64,000 nt of DNA from Bacteroidia bacterium. Its GTDB lineage: Bacteria > Bacteroidota > Bacteroidia > NS11-12g > UBA955. Made by a program: the position numbers and the translations under genes. Positions 8,313 through 18,830 of the stretch are shown piece by piece. Location: the NCBI GenBank assembly GCA_023653095.1, contig JAMNXP010000003.1, positions 128,835 to 192,834 of the forward strand, read 5' to 3'. The number at the start of each line of letters is the position of its first letter. Position 1 is the stretch's first letter. The notes below the pieces were generated by a model. The model ran no database searches and was not told the DNA's origin. It was given only the letters and a program-made list of their open reading frames with translations.

Positions 8313-10358
8313 TTAGTGTTTAACTACCAATTTGGTATTTAAAGTTGAATTAGCAGATTTAACGCTAACCATATACATACCTTCACTCCAATCAGCAGTA
8401 TTCACTTGCAAAGATCCGTTACTCATGGTGGTAGTCATTACAACTTGACCTTGAACATTGGAAATCACAACCTCTGAAGCAACATTAGACAAATCAGAAG
8501 CTTTGATTTCAAACAGGTCATTAGAAGGATTAGGATAAACCAAGATACCACTTTCCATGCTCTCAACCGAAGTCAAGGCAATAGCAAAAGTTTCAGATTG
8601 CAATACTTCTTTGGTAACCGCATCTTGTACAAAAACCACCACGTGCATATCGTCCCAGGTCTCAACACTATTTTCAGAAGTATGGTTGATGTGCTGAGCA
8701 GTAGATCCATCCAACGGTAAGCGATAGTTACCCTGGAAAGTAAAGCTCAATTTTTGATTCACAGCAGTACCACGAGTCAAACCAGTTAATCCGTATCCAG
8801 TGCTGTTTGGCATCATTTTCTTCATCACATCTTCAAACTCTTTCTCTCCGTTTGTTTTTAGGTTAGCGTAAGTCATACCCTCAGTAATTACGGCAAATAA
8901 CTTCAAGTTTGATGAGTTGAAATCTACCAATGGATTTAAGGTTATATCAGCAGTGATGGTGTTTTTCCAAGTATTCGTTGCAGTACCACTGATTTCCAAA
9001 AATGCTGGTTTTGCTGCAAACTCATCGTACAAAGCGGTAGTGTATGAACTTGCATTTCCAGCCCAACCGCCATCAATTTCAATCATTGGCGCGGAATTTG
9101 CACCATAAAATGAAACACGGTTTCTAACTTCTTGTGTGCAATAAGGATCACCCGCACCAGGCCAGTAAACTTGATACTTTATGGTTGAATGATTTGATTT
9201 CCCAGAGATAACTTTATTAAAATTAACATTTCCAGCGTTACAGGGTGGACAAGTAGACGATGTAAATATCTCGTGCAAAATTTTACGTTGAGCCACTTTA
9301 TCTACGATAGTTACATTTTTTGAAACGCTGTTTGTACCCAACGCATCTGTCGAACCATTAACCTCAATTACACGTGCTACTACATTGTATTTTCCCAAGT
9401 TCGCAGGCGTCCACTTGGTGTTAAAAGAAATCGTTTTTGTTGCACATGCGGCAATGTTCAAACTGCTAAAATCTTCCACTATCTCAGTTCCACCGTTAAC
9501 AGTGTAACCTAATTTCAAAGATGTGATTGCTTTACCACCTAAATTCTTAACATCGAAATTCAAAGTGAATGGTGCTCCGCTGATCATCATGAATTCATCT
9601 AAAGCAAGACTAACCGCATCTGCATTGTTGTCTGCCAATGAACCAGGAGCGATGGTGTAATAAATGTTATCAACTACAGTCGCATCATTTCCGGACTTCA
9701 TTTCGTAGTTAGCCATGCCTGATGCAGTGGTTGCATCAATTTGATAACCAATGGTCAACTTGGTAGTTCCGGTGCACTGAGCACTAACCGTTGAACAAAA
9801 CCAACGTTGATCCACTAAATAAATATTGTTGGTTCCCTCTTCCAAAACTATGCTGAAATACACCCATCCACTTTGGATGTTTGCTTCAGTCATTGAAGCA
9901 AAATGAATGTAATGTTGACGCTTTCCAGTTACTCCAAACGTTTTCGTTAAAATATAATCGCTCGCAGTCTTAGCTTCAGCGCCCCAAACCATCACCGATT
10001 TGTCTGGAATAGATGCGCTAGGCAAAGATGCTGCTGCTGCGCTTGGTGCCTCTGCAGTGGATGCAACATCAAAGGTTACAACCCCTGTACTCGATACTTT
10101 GTATTGAGTTACCGATTCACCATTAAAATAGAAAGTAAAAGGAATATTCTGATTCCCAGACCATGCATTTGTTTGAGGGCCTGTCATAATATTCGTCCAA
10201 CCTGTGGCTCCACCGCCCCCTGGAGGGAATTCAGGATCGGCGTTCAATCCGCCCGGATTTCCAGCACCAGTGCAGGGAACCATATGATAACCTGTAACCT
10301 GGGCGTTAAGCGACAATAAACTAAATGCCGCTACAAAACTTAGTATAATTTTTTTCAT
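8313..10358 (-). CDS. T9SS-secreted protein with an Omp28-like thioredoxin-fold module
   Basis: Signal peptide and a central LHEIFTSSTCPPCNAGN motif (thioredoxin/Omp28-like CxxC). The C-terminus (VYPNPSNDLFEIK...VSVKS...KLVVKH) is typical of a T9SS type A sorting domain. Confidence 0.6.
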   Translation of the reverse strand: MKKIILSFVAAFSLLSLNAQVTGYHMVPCTGAGNPGGLNADPEFPPGGGGATGWTNIMTGPQTNAWSGNQNIPFTFYFNGESVTQYKVSSTGVVTFDVASTAEAPSAAAASLPSASIPDKSVMVWGAEAKTASDYILTKTFGVTGKRQHYIHFASMTEANIQSGWVYFSIVLEEGTNNIYLVDQRWFCSTVSAQCTGTTKLTIGYQIDATTASGMANYEMKSGNDATVVDNIYYTIAPGSLADNNADAVSLALDEFMMISGAPFTLNFDVKNLGGKAITSLKLGYTVNGGTEIVEDFSSLNIAACATKTISFNTKWTPANLGKYNVVARVIEVNGSTDALGTNSVSKNVTIVDKVAQRKILHEIFTSSTCPPCNAGNVNFNKVISGKSNHSTIKYQVYWPGAGDPYCTQEVRNRVSFYGANSAPMIEIDGGWAGNASSYTTALYDEFAAKPAFLEISGTATNTWKNTITADITLNPLVDFNSSNLKLFAVITEGMTYANLKTNGEKEFEDVMKKMMPNSTGYGLTGLTRGTAVNQKLSFTFQGNYRLPLDGSTAQHINHTSENSVETWDDMHVVVFVQDAVTKEVLQSETFAIALTSVESMESGILVYPNPSNDLFEIKASDLSNVASEVVISNVQGQVVMTTTMSNGSLQVNTADWSEGMYMVSVKSANSTLNTKLVVKH

Positions 10359-11362
10359 ATCTCAGTAACTGCCTCAAAAGTAGGAGAATTAAACAATAAC
10401 TCCAACTCATTGAAAATATCTTGTATTTCATTCACATCAGTACATGATACCAACCGCATCCTGTATTCCTTGAAATGCGGTATTCCTTTAAAATAATTAG
10501 CGTAGTGTCTGCGCATTTCTACAAGTCCCACAATTGGGCCCTTCCACTCTAACGATTTGTCTAAATGGGTTTTACATGCTTCCAAACGCTCAAATAATGT
10601 AGGGCCTGCTATGTGTTGACCCATTTTTACAAAATGTTTGATTTCCCTGAAAACCCAAGGATTTCCAATACTAGCCCTTCCAATCATGACACCATCAACA
10701 CCGTATCTATTTTTATATTCTAATGCTTTCTCAGGAGTATCTATATCGCCATTGCCAAAAATAGGAATATTCATGCGAGGGTTGTTTTTCACCTCACCAA
10801 TCAAGGTCCAATCGGCATCACCTTTGTATAGTTGAACCCTGGTTCTACCATGTATACTTAATGCTTTGATTCCCACATCTTGCAACCGTTCAGCTACCTC
10901 CACAATGTTCTTGGTTTGATCATCCCAACCCAATCTGGTTTTCACCGTTACTGGCAGATGCGTTGCCTCTACAATAGCCTTGGTCATGGCAACCATTTTC
11001 TTTGGGTTAGTCAAAATAGCTGCGCCACCGCCTTTGCAAACCACCTTTTTTACGGGACAACCATAATTGATGTCAATTAAATCGGGATTTACACTAGAGG
11101 CAATTTTTGTAGCTTCAACCATAGAATCAATTTCTGAACCAAAAATTTGAATTCCTACGGGTCTTTCGTATTCGAAAATATCCAATTTTTGTGTACTCTT
11201 GGCTGCATCGCGAATCAGTCCCTCAGAACTGATAAACTCAGTATACATAAGGTCTGCACCGTGCTGTTTACATACATAACGGAACGGCGGATCGCTCACG
11301 TCTTCCATCGGAGCCAACAACAAGGGAAATTCCCCCAACGAGATATCACCAATTTTTACCAC
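10355..11362 (-). CDS. dusB: tRNA-dihydrouridine synthase
   Basis: LLAPMEDVSDPPFR...INYGCP...VKTRLGWD...IHGRT...GNGDI are Dus family motifs. Confidence 0.9.
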   Translation of the reverse strand: MVKIGDISLGEFPLLLAPMEDVSDPPFRYVCKQHGADLMYTEFISSEGLIRDAAKSTQKLDIFEYERPVGIQIFGSEIDSMVEATKIASSVNPDLIDINYGCPVKKVVCKGGGAAILTNPKKMVAMTKAIVEATHLPVTVKTRLGWDDQTKNIVEVAERLQDVGIKALSIHGRTRVQLYKGDADWTLIGEVKNNPRMNIPIFGNGDIDTPEKALEYKNRYGVDGVMIGRASIGNPWVFREIKHFVKMGQHIAGPTLFERLEACKTHLDKSLEWKGPIVGLVEMRRHYANYFKGIPHFKEYRMRLVSCTDVNEIQDIFNELELLFNSPTFEAVTEI

Positions 11363-11398
11363 TTTTGCAGTGCAATATAAACAGCGAATTTACAACAG

Positions 11399-12316
11399 AT
11401 GAACGCCATTTCACACAACGATTCTCAAAAGCCCCTGATGAACCTTTGGGGACTAGCACTTTTGCTCATCCTAATTTTAGCGTTCCAATTGGTGGGATAT
11501 TTCATCTCAATATATGCACTTTCAGCCGCCTTTAGTATTAATATTGAAGAAGTTAAATACTTAATGAACGCCCCCGATGGCTCAGCTTTGGGCATCAATA
11601 TTGGTCGTTTTTCAAACCTTATACAATTTGTAATCTACATGGGAATTCCAGCTCTGATTTTCACCGGTGCCAACAGGGTGGGGTTTTCTTTTTTCGGGGG
11701 ATATTCAAAGCGTTTGCAATTTTCGAAAATACTTTGGGCCATTCTACTTGCACTTTCCGCATTGCCAGTGGTAGCAGTTTTGACTAAACTAAGTCACCAT
11801 TTACCATTGCCAGATTCCATTAAATCTATGGCCAATAGTTTAACTTCCAGCAGAGAGATGCTCTTTGAAAACATGCTAGAAATGCAACGTTGGGATGAGC
11901 TCCTATTTTGCATCTTCTTAGCCGCTTTTTTACCCGCCATTTTAGAAGAATATCTATTCAGAGGTATCGTGCTAAATATTGCCTTAAGTCAATATGCTAA
12001 ACCTGCAACAGCAATTATATTCCAGGCCGTTTTCTTTTCCTTGATGCACCTTTCATTGTACGAATTTGCCGGAATTGCCCTGATTGGTGCCCTTTTTGGT
12101 TTCATAACCTACAGAAATACTTCGGTTTGGTACAGCTCCATTTCTCATTTCGTTTTCAATGCAACAACCGTAACCCTCTATTTTCTTATCCTGAGAGAAT
12201 TTGAACACAGCGGAATCAAGTACAACGTTGATCATCTGCTTGGGAGTGCAACACTTGCCATACCTGCTTCGCTATTAATGGGTCTGTCTGTTTATAAATT
12301 ATCTAGAAAATCATGA
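11399..12316 (+). CDS. CPBP family intramembrane glutamic endopeptidase (CAAX protease-like)
   Basis: Polytopic membrane protein with EEYLFRG, FSLMH and HFVFN motifs. Confidence 0.8.
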   Translation: MNAISHNDSQKPLMNLWGLALLLILILAFQLVGYFISIYALSAAFSINIEEVKYLMNAPDGSALGINIGRFSNLIQFVIYMGIPALIFTGANRVGFSFFGGYSKRLQFSKILWAILLALSALPVVAVLTKLSHHLPLPDSIKSMANSLTSSREMLFENMLEMQRWDELLFCIFLAAFLPAILEEYLFRGIVLNIALSQYAKPATAIIFQAVFFSLMHLSLYEFAGIALIGALFGFITYRNTSVWYSSISHFVFNATTVTLYFLILREFEHSGIKYNVDHLLGSATLAIPASLLMGLSVYKLSRKS

Positions 12317-13158
12317 GTAACTTCTGGACCAGAATCATCAGCGGTATTGGACTCATCGCTGCAACCATCACCTTGTTTTATTTAGGCAGTTGGGGACTTC
12401 TTGTATTTTCCATTTTAGTGGCCCTTGGAGGGAACTACGAATGGTTCAAACTTCGTAAAATGCGATTCAATTGGGGATGGCAAGTATCATCATTAAATAC
12501 TTTAATTACACTCTTATTGGTACATTTTGGTGAATATACCTTCGCCATTCTTCCTTCAGCAATCATTTTCATTTACTCCGTTTATTTAGCCAAAAATCAC
12601 CACAGATCAGCGATTAGCTTATTCGGAGCACAACTTTATCTCACTCTACCGCTTTCACTATTACTGACTTTACCCTATTGCAACCTAAACTTTGGCATTC
12701 AAAACTCAGATCCATTTTTCAACTTTTTGATACCTACAACTGTCATGATTTTGGTTTGGTCTTCCGATTCTTGGGCCTATGTGGCAGGTAAGCTATTGGG
12801 AAGAAATAAACTCGCACCTAGCATATCACCGGGAAAAACTTGGGAAGGATTTATAGGGGGAACACTTCTCACCGGAGCCACCGCATTTCTGATTCAACAA
12901 TACATGTTGGCACCTGTTGGTGGATTTGTTTCCGCTGGTAATTGTCATCTGCTACATGACCCATCAAAAGCCATTATTGCAGGTATACTAGTTTCTGTTT
13001 TTGGCACCCTCGGTGACCTGTTCGAAAGCTCCCTCAAACGAAAGTCTAACGTGAAAGACAGTGGAAATGTCATACCCGGACACGGGGGCGTTTTAGATCG
13101 TTACGACGCATTTTTGTTTGCAATCGTCGTTTTTACCATAGTTTACCGCTACCTATAA
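12313..13158 (+). CDS. cdsA: Phosphatidate cytidylyltransferase
   Basis: SDSWAYVAGKLLGRNKLAPSISPGKTWEG...GDLFESSLKR...PGHGGVLDR signature. Confidence 0.9.
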   Translation: MSNFWTRIISGIGLIAATITLFYLGSWGLLVFSILVALGGNYEWFKLRKMRFNWGWQVSSLNTLITLLLVHFGEYTFAILPSAIIFIYSVYLAKNHHRSAISLFGAQLYLTLPLSLLLTLPYCNLNFGIQNSDPFFNFLIPTTVMILVWSSDSWAYVAGKLLGRNKLAPSISPGKTWEGFIGGTLLTGATAFLIQQYMLAPVGGFVSAGNCHLLHDPSKAIIAGILVSVFGTLGDLFESSLKRKSNVKDSGNVIPGHGGVLDRYDAFLFAIVVFTIVYRYL

Positions 13159-13198
13159 TAGATTCTTGGCTCTTTTTTTGGTAAATTCGCAAGAATTT

Positions 13199-15913
13199 AT
13201 GAGCCAGCATAACACCTCTTACCTACAAAATGCCGACCCTGCTGCAATTGAGTCCATGTACCAACAGTACCAAAGTGACAAAGAAAGCGTAGATTTTGGA
13301 TGGCGAAAGTTTTTTGAAGGATTTGACCTTGGAGCCCAAAAATATGAGTCGGGCGAAGTAGTTAGTGAAGATGCTGTCAAAGAAATTCAAGTGTTGAACT
13401 TGATTCACGGTTATCGTCAACGCGGACATTTATTCAGTCAAACCAACCCCATTCGTCAAAGAAGAAATCACTCTCCCAATTTAGATTTGGAAAACTTCGG
13501 ATTGGAACAATCTGATCTTGATAAATCATTCAATGCGGGTATTGAGGTAGGCTTGGGTCCGGCAAAACTAAAAGACATCATTGCCAAACTCCAAAAAACC
13601 TATTGCAGTAGTATAGGTTGCGAATTCTCATACATCCGTGACCCAAAGCGCAGAAGTTGGTTGCAAGAACGTTTTGAACAAACTCAAAACATTCCGAACT
13701 TAACCACTGATGAAAAACGCCACTTTTTGAACAAAATCAATCAAGCCACCGTTTTCGAGAATTTCCTGCACAAAAAATACATTGGCCAAAAGCGTTTTTC
13801 TCTTGAGGGTCTTGAGGCTTTAATTCCTGCGTTAGATGCAGTTATTCAGTACGGTTCAGGTTTAGGTGTTGATGAATTTGTTATAGGAATGGCTCACCGT
13901 GGACGTTTAAATGTACTAGCCAACATCTTCAATAAAACATATTCTCAAATTTTTTCTGAATTTGAAGGAAAAGTATTCCAAGGTGGCGACTTCGATGATT
14001 TTGAAGGCGATGTAAAATACCATTTGGGCTACAGCGTTGATGTTGATACCGCAGCTGGTAAAAAAGTCCACCTTAGATTGGCCGATAACCCTTCACACTT
14101 AGAAGCCGTTAATCCTGTTGTAAAAGGTTTAGTTAGAGCTAAACTTGATAGCAAATACAACAACAATGTAGACAAAATTTGCCCCATATTGATTCACGGA
14201 GACGCGGCCATTGCCGGACAAGGAATCATGTACGAAGTGGTACAAATGAGCGGACTTGAAGGCTATTACGTTGGTGGAACCATGCATATTGTAACCAACA
14301 ATCAAATTGGTTTTACCACCAATTACCTTGATGCAAGAACATCTACCTACTGCACTGACGTTGCAAAAGTGACATTGTGCCCTGTTCTCCACGTGAATGC
14401 AGATGATCTCGAAGCCGTTGTGCATGCCGTTAAGTTAGCTATGGCCTACAGAAATGAATTCAATTCAGACGTTTTCATTGACTTATTAGGATATAGAAAA
14501 TACGGACATAATGAAGGCGATGAACCCCGTTTCACTCAGCCCGAGATGTATAAACTCATCGATAAACACCCAAATCCTAGAGAAATTTACAAGCAACAGT
14601 TGTTGCAAAGGGGTGAAATTGATGCTGAATTGGCACGTGAAATGGAAACCCAATTCCAAGCACTTTTACAAGAAAAGTTCGAAGAAGCAAAAGGCGAATT
14701 CAAACCTACCCCGTCAGCAGTGAAAAACACGTGGGAAGGCTGGAAACACTCAGGTCCTAAAGAAATCCAAATCCCCGCAAACACCAAAGTATCGCTAGAT
14801 AAAATCAAATCCATTGGCGATAAAATCACCCAAATACCAGAAAATAACCTACCCATCAAGAAAGTTCAATCGTTGTTTGCTGACCGTAAAAAAATGATTG
14901 AAACGGGTACCATTGATTGGGCTATGGGTGAACTTTTGGCTTACGCAACTTTGTTGGAAGAAGGTCATCCTGTTCGTTTGGTTGGACAAGACGTTGAACG
15001 AGGAACTTTCTCTCACCGTCATGCCGTTGTTAAACAAGAGGTTGGCGAACAAGAATACATTCCCGTGAATAATATCTCCGAAAATCAAGCCAAAATGTCC
15101 ATTTATAACTCCTTATTGAGTGAATATGCAGCGCTTGGTTTTGAATACGGTTATAGTACCTCCACACCTAATGGATTGACACTTTGGGAAGCTCAATTTG
15201 GAGACTTCTCAAACGGTGCTCAAATCATGATTGATCAGTTCATTGCATCGGCCGAAGCAAAATGGAGCAAGTTCTCAGGACTTACCATGTTATTGCCACA
15301 CGGTTACGAAGGACAAGGACCCGAGCACAGCAGTGCGCGTCCTGAAAGATATTTGCAACTTTGTGCCGGAACCAACATGCAAGTGTTGAATTGCACTACT
15401 CCTGCAAACTTATTCCATGCCTTGAGAAGACAATTGAAACGCGACTTCACCATGCCGTTGATCATCATGACACCAAAGTCATTGTTGAGACACCCAAAAT
15501 GCGTAAGCCCGTTAACCGACTTAAGCGAAGGTCAATTCCAAGAATTGATTGATGACCAGAATGTAGGCAAAAAGGTTCGTAAGGTTCTTTTATGTTCTGG
15601 TAAAATCTACTACGATTTACTCGCCGAAAAAGAAACCAACAAGCACGAAGACGTTGCTGTTGTAAGAATTGAGCAACTATATCCTTTACCAGAATGGCAA
15701 TTGGAAGGAATCTTCAGTAAATACAAAGATGCAGAATACTTGTGGGTTCAAGAAGAACCTAAAAACCAAGGGGCATGGTTGCATTTACACCGATATGACT
15801 TCCCTGTGAGCCTAAAATACGTAGGCAGAAAAAGCAGTGCTAGTCCATCAACAGGATTCAAAAAAGTACACGATGCCGAACAAGCCGACATCGTGTCACA
15901 AGCATTTAGCTAA
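13199..15913 (+). CDS. sucA: 2-oxoglutarate dehydrogenase E1 component
   Basis: About 900 aa with YRQRGH, GMAHRGRLNVLAN, HGDAAIAGQG and LLPHGYEGQGPEHSS motifs. The ATG at 13199 (MSQHNTSYL) is preferred over the TTG at 13166. Confidence 0.93.
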   Translation: MSQHNTSYLQNADPAAIESMYQQYQSDKESVDFGWRKFFEGFDLGAQKYESGEVVSEDAVKEIQVLNLIHGYRQRGHLFSQTNPIRQRRNHSPNLDLENFGLEQSDLDKSFNAGIEVGLGPAKLKDIIAKLQKTYCSSIGCEFSYIRDPKRRSWLQERFEQTQNIPNLTTDEKRHFLNKINQATVFENFLHKKYIGQKRFSLEGLEALIPALDAVIQYGSGLGVDEFVIGMAHRGRLNVLANIFNKTYSQIFSEFEGKVFQGGDFDDFEGDVKYHLGYSVDVDTAAGKKVHLRLADNPSHLEAVNPVVKGLVRAKLDSKYNNNVDKICPILIHGDAAIAGQGIMYEVVQMSGLEGYYVGGTMHIVTNNQIGFTTNYLDARTSTYCTDVAKVTLCPVLHVNADDLEAVVHAVKLAMAYRNEFNSDVFIDLLGYRKYGHNEGDEPRFTQPEMYKLIDKHPNPREIYKQQLLQRGEIDAELAREMETQFQALLQEKFEEAKGEFKPTPSAVKNTWEGWKHSGPKEIQIPANTKVSLDKIKSIGDKITQIPENNLPIKKVQSLFADRKKMIETGTIDWAMGELLAYATLLEEGHPVRLVGQDVERGTFSHRHAVVKQEVGEQEYIPVNNISENQAKMSIYNSLLSEYAALGFEYGYSTSTPNGLTLWEAQFGDFSNGAQIMIDQFIASAEAKWSKFSGLTMLLPHGYEGQGPEHSSARPERYLQLCAGTNMQVLNCTTPANLFHALRRQLKRDFTMPLIIMTPKSLLRHPKCVSPLTDLSEGQFQELIDDQNVGKKVRKVLLCSGKIYYDLLAEKETNKHEDVAVVRIEQLYPLPEWQLEGIFSKYKDAEYLWVQEEPKNQGAWLHLHRYDFPVSLKYVGRKSSASPSTGFKKVHDAEQADIVSQAFS

Positions 15914-15919
15914 ACAATA

Positions 15920-17344
15920 TTACAAGCGCTCAAATAGCGCTACATTCTCAACATGGTGGGTATGTGGAAACATATCCACCGGTTGAATCTTAACCAACCT
16001 GTATTTTTCTGACAACAACTTTGCATCTCGAGCCTGTGTTGCTGGGTTGCAACTCACATAAACAATTCTGTTTGGCTCCGATTCCAAAATTCTGTTTACA
16101 ACATCTGGATGCATTCCTTCACGTGGTGGATCTGTGATAATGACATCGGGTTTGCCATGGTGAGCAATAAATTCAGAGGTCAAGATGTCTTTCATGTCTC
16201 CCGCAAAAAACTCACAATTTTCTACAGAATTCCACTGCGAATTCACCTTGGCATCTTCAATAGCAGCTTCAACATATTCTATTCCAACCACTTTCTTAGC
16301 CTTGTCTGACACATAAAGTGCAATACTTCCAGTACCCGTGTATAAATCATACACCAATTCAGTACCAGTTAAACCAGCAAAATCGCGGGTAATATCGTAC
16401 AATACCTTAGCTTGAGCGCTATTGGTTTGAAAGAAACTCAAGGGTTGTATCTTATATTTTTTATCTCCTAAGGTCTCCGTCAAATAGGCATCTCCGGCAA
16501 AATAATCTACTTCAGTGCCTTGCAGCGAATCGTTCATCTTCGGATTCACCACGTAAACCAAAGAAACCAACTTATTGTCGCCGTGCTGTGAATCCATGAA
16601 AGTGGACTTCAAATGATTCATCACTGCTGATATTGCCTCTTCGTCTCTGTAATAAAACGACACCAATACCATCCACTCGTTCTTGCTGTTGCATCTGAAC
16701 ATAGCAGTTCGCATCAAACCTTCGTGCAATTGGATATCGTGGAAGGAATATCCCTGTTTCACGCAAAAGTCTTTCAAAGAACGCTGAATCTGATTGACGA
16801 AATCAGGCATTAAATGACACTTTTCAATGTCCAATATCTTACTAAACTGCCCAGGCATGTGAAATCCCAATGCAGGGGGCTTTTCGGTAGGATTTTCTTT
16901 GTCAAAGTGCGCTACCCACGACTTCTCACTAAAAGTTAGCTCTAATTTATTCCTGTAACCTTGAGTTTGCTCGCAGCCAGCAATAGGCAATACTTGAAAT
17001 TCTTCAATGCCACCCAATCTCTGCATGGCATCAATGACCTGTTGCTGTTTAAAAGCCAATTGATCTTGATACGATAAATGCTGCCATTTACAGCCACCGC
17101 ATAAAGTGAAATATTCGCAAAACGGTTCTATTCTTGACTTAGATTTTTCATGGAAACGCACTATTTGGCCTTCCATGAACTTCTTTTTCTTTTGAACAAC
17201 GCGTACATCAACTACATCACCGGGCGCTGCGTATTTTACAAAAACTACCTGATTGTCAACCCGCCCAATACTGTGACCTTCGGCACCTGCCGAGGTAATC
17301 TCCAACTTCTCTATGAACTTGGCTAATTTCTGTCTTCTCGCCAC
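15920..17344 (-). CDS. rlmD: 23S rRNA (uracil-C5)-methyltransferase, RlmD/RumA family
   Basis: N-terminal TRAM domain, an Fe-S Cys cluster (CEYFTLCGGCKWQH), a SAM-binding DLYTGTGS motif and DPPREG. Confidence 0.85.
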   Translation of the reverse strand: MARRQKLAKFIEKLEITSAGAEGHSIGRVDNQVVFVKYAAPGDVVDVRVVQKKKKFMEGQIVRFHEKSKSRIEPFCEYFTLCGGCKWQHLSYQDQLAFKQQQVIDAMQRLGGIEEFQVLPIAGCEQTQGYRNKLELTFSEKSWVAHFDKENPTEKPPALGFHMPGQFSKILDIEKCHLMPDFVNQIQRSLKDFCVKQGYSFHDIQLHEGLMRTAMFRCNSKNEWMVLVSFYYRDEEAISAVMNHLKSTFMDSQHGDNKLVSLVYVVNPKMNDSLQGTEVDYFAGDAYLTETLGDKKYKIQPLSFFQTNSAQAKVLYDITRDFAGLTGTELVYDLYTGTGSIALYVSDKAKKVVGIEYVEAAIEDAKVNSQWNSVENCEFFAGDMKDILTSEFIAHHGKPDVIITDPPREGMHPDVVNRILESEPNRIVYVSCNPATQARDAKLLSEKYRLVKIQPVDMFPHTHHVENVALFERL

Positions 17345-17349
17345 AGATG

Positions 17350-17928
17350 TTAGGATTTCTTTTCTCTAGCCAATCCTAAAAGTTGCAAAAAGTCTGCCGG
17401 CGGCAAAAATCCTGGCTGAACATATCTTGCCTCATCTTGGCCCACATTTGGCCAAAAAATGGTTGCCGGAAAACCAGTAACTTGCCCGTTACCCAAATAT
17501 TGCAACAACTCAGGAGCTTGCATTTTCTTGTTTGCAAATGCAAATTCTTTCGCTATTTCTGGATTGAATTTCACACATACAAAATAGGTATTCAACTCTT
17601 TGATTACCCCTGGATCTGTATACGTTTTCTTATCCATCACCTTGCACCATCCGCACCAATCAGTATAGGCATCAACCAGAAGAATTTTACCTTCTTTCAC
17701 CGATTTCGCGTAACCTTCCTCAAAACCGTACCACTTCAATTCCGTGCTTACGGGTTCATCTGAGGTACTTGTGTTTTCGAGGGACGTATTAACAGCTAAA
17801 GCCTCTGTTGATGTTTGTACATCGGCCACTGTTGAATCATCATTTGTCTGCTTGCTGCTCGAATTTGAACAAGCCAAAATTGCAACCGCCAATACTACAA
17901 CGCCTGCAATGAAACTATACTTTTTCAT
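17350..17928 (-). CDS. Thioredoxin-fold lipoprotein
   Basis: Lipobox (AILACS) and a DWCGWCK redox motif. Confidence 0.75.
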   Translation of the reverse strand: MKKYSFIAGVVVLAVAILACSNSSSKQTNDDSTVADVQTSTEALAVNTSLENTSTSDEPVSTELKWYGFEEGYAKSVKEGKILLVDAYTDWCGWCKVMDKKTYTDPGVIKELNTYFVCVKFNPEIAKEFAFANKKMQAPELLQYLGNGQVTGFPATIFWPNVGQDEARYVQPGFLPPADFLQLLGLAREKKS

Positions 17929-17940
17929 ACTTTTACTTAA

Positions 17941-18813
17941 CTACAAATTACGTGCCTTTATTTTGGTCTTGAAACTAATGTCTAAAGATTTGACGGTATG
18001 TGTCAAAGCGCCCACGCTGATAAATTGAACTCCTGTAAGAGCATAATCTCTGATTGAATCTCTGGTAATTCCACCAGAAGCTTCGGTTTCAGATCTTTTA
18101 TCAACCAATTTCACTGCTTCCTTACAAAGATCAATACTGAAATTGTCGAACATAATTCTATCTACTTTATTGACCAAAGCTTCGTTTACTTCGTCTAAAT
18201 TTCGGGTTTCAACCTCAATTTTCAAGTCTAACTTCTGCTCTGAAAGAAATTTACGAGTCTTTTCCACTGCGGCCGTAATGCCACCGGCAGAATCGACGTG
18301 GTTGTCTTTCAACATAACCATATCGTAAAGCCCTATTCTGTGATTTTGAGCCCCGCCCAAAGAAACTGCCCACTTCTCCAACATCCTTAGTCCAGGAGTG
18401 GTTTTACGAGTATCTAACAAAGTAACACCCGTATCTTTCACAAATTCTACCAAATTGCGGGTTTGTGTGGCAACACCAGACAGTCGTTGAAGTACGTTCA
18501 ACATCAACCTCTCCGCCTTTAGCAAAGAACGGATATTGCCTTCGGCCGTAGCCAAAATGCTTCCTTTTTCCAAGAAATCACCATCCCTCGAAAGCAAATC
18601 AAATTGAATGTTTGAATCTACTCTATTCAAAAATACTTCGGCCCATTCAAGTCCGGCAATAACACCATTCTCCTTCAGAATAAGCTGCGAGGTTCCTATG
18701 GCATCCGCTCCTATGCTTCCCAAAGATGAAAAATCGCCTGCTCCCACATCCTCAGCCAACCATAAATCCATCGATTGAATGAATTCTAGAGAGGTAAAAC
18801 TCAACTTAAGCAT
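17941..18813 (-). CDS. nadC: Nicotinate-nucleotide pyrophosphorylase (carboxylating)
   Basis: LDTRKTTPGLR...GGAQNHRIGLYD...MLKDNH are QPRTase motifs. Confidence 0.9.
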   Translation of the reverse strand: MLKLSFTSLEFIQSMDLWLAEDVGAGDFSSLGSIGADAIGTSQLILKENGVIAGLEWAEVFLNRVDSNIQFDLLSRDGDFLEKGSILATAEGNIRSLLKAERLMLNVLQRLSGVATQTRNLVEFVKDTGVTLLDTRKTTPGLRMLEKWAVSLGGAQNHRIGLYDMVMLKDNHVDSAGGITAAVEKTRKFLSEQKLDLKIEVETRNLDEVNEALVNKVDRIMFDNFSIDLCKEAVKLVDKRSETEASGGITRDSIRDYALTGVQFISVGALTHTVKSLDISFKTKIKARNL

Positions 18814-18830
18814 GTATCAAACCTAAGGCT

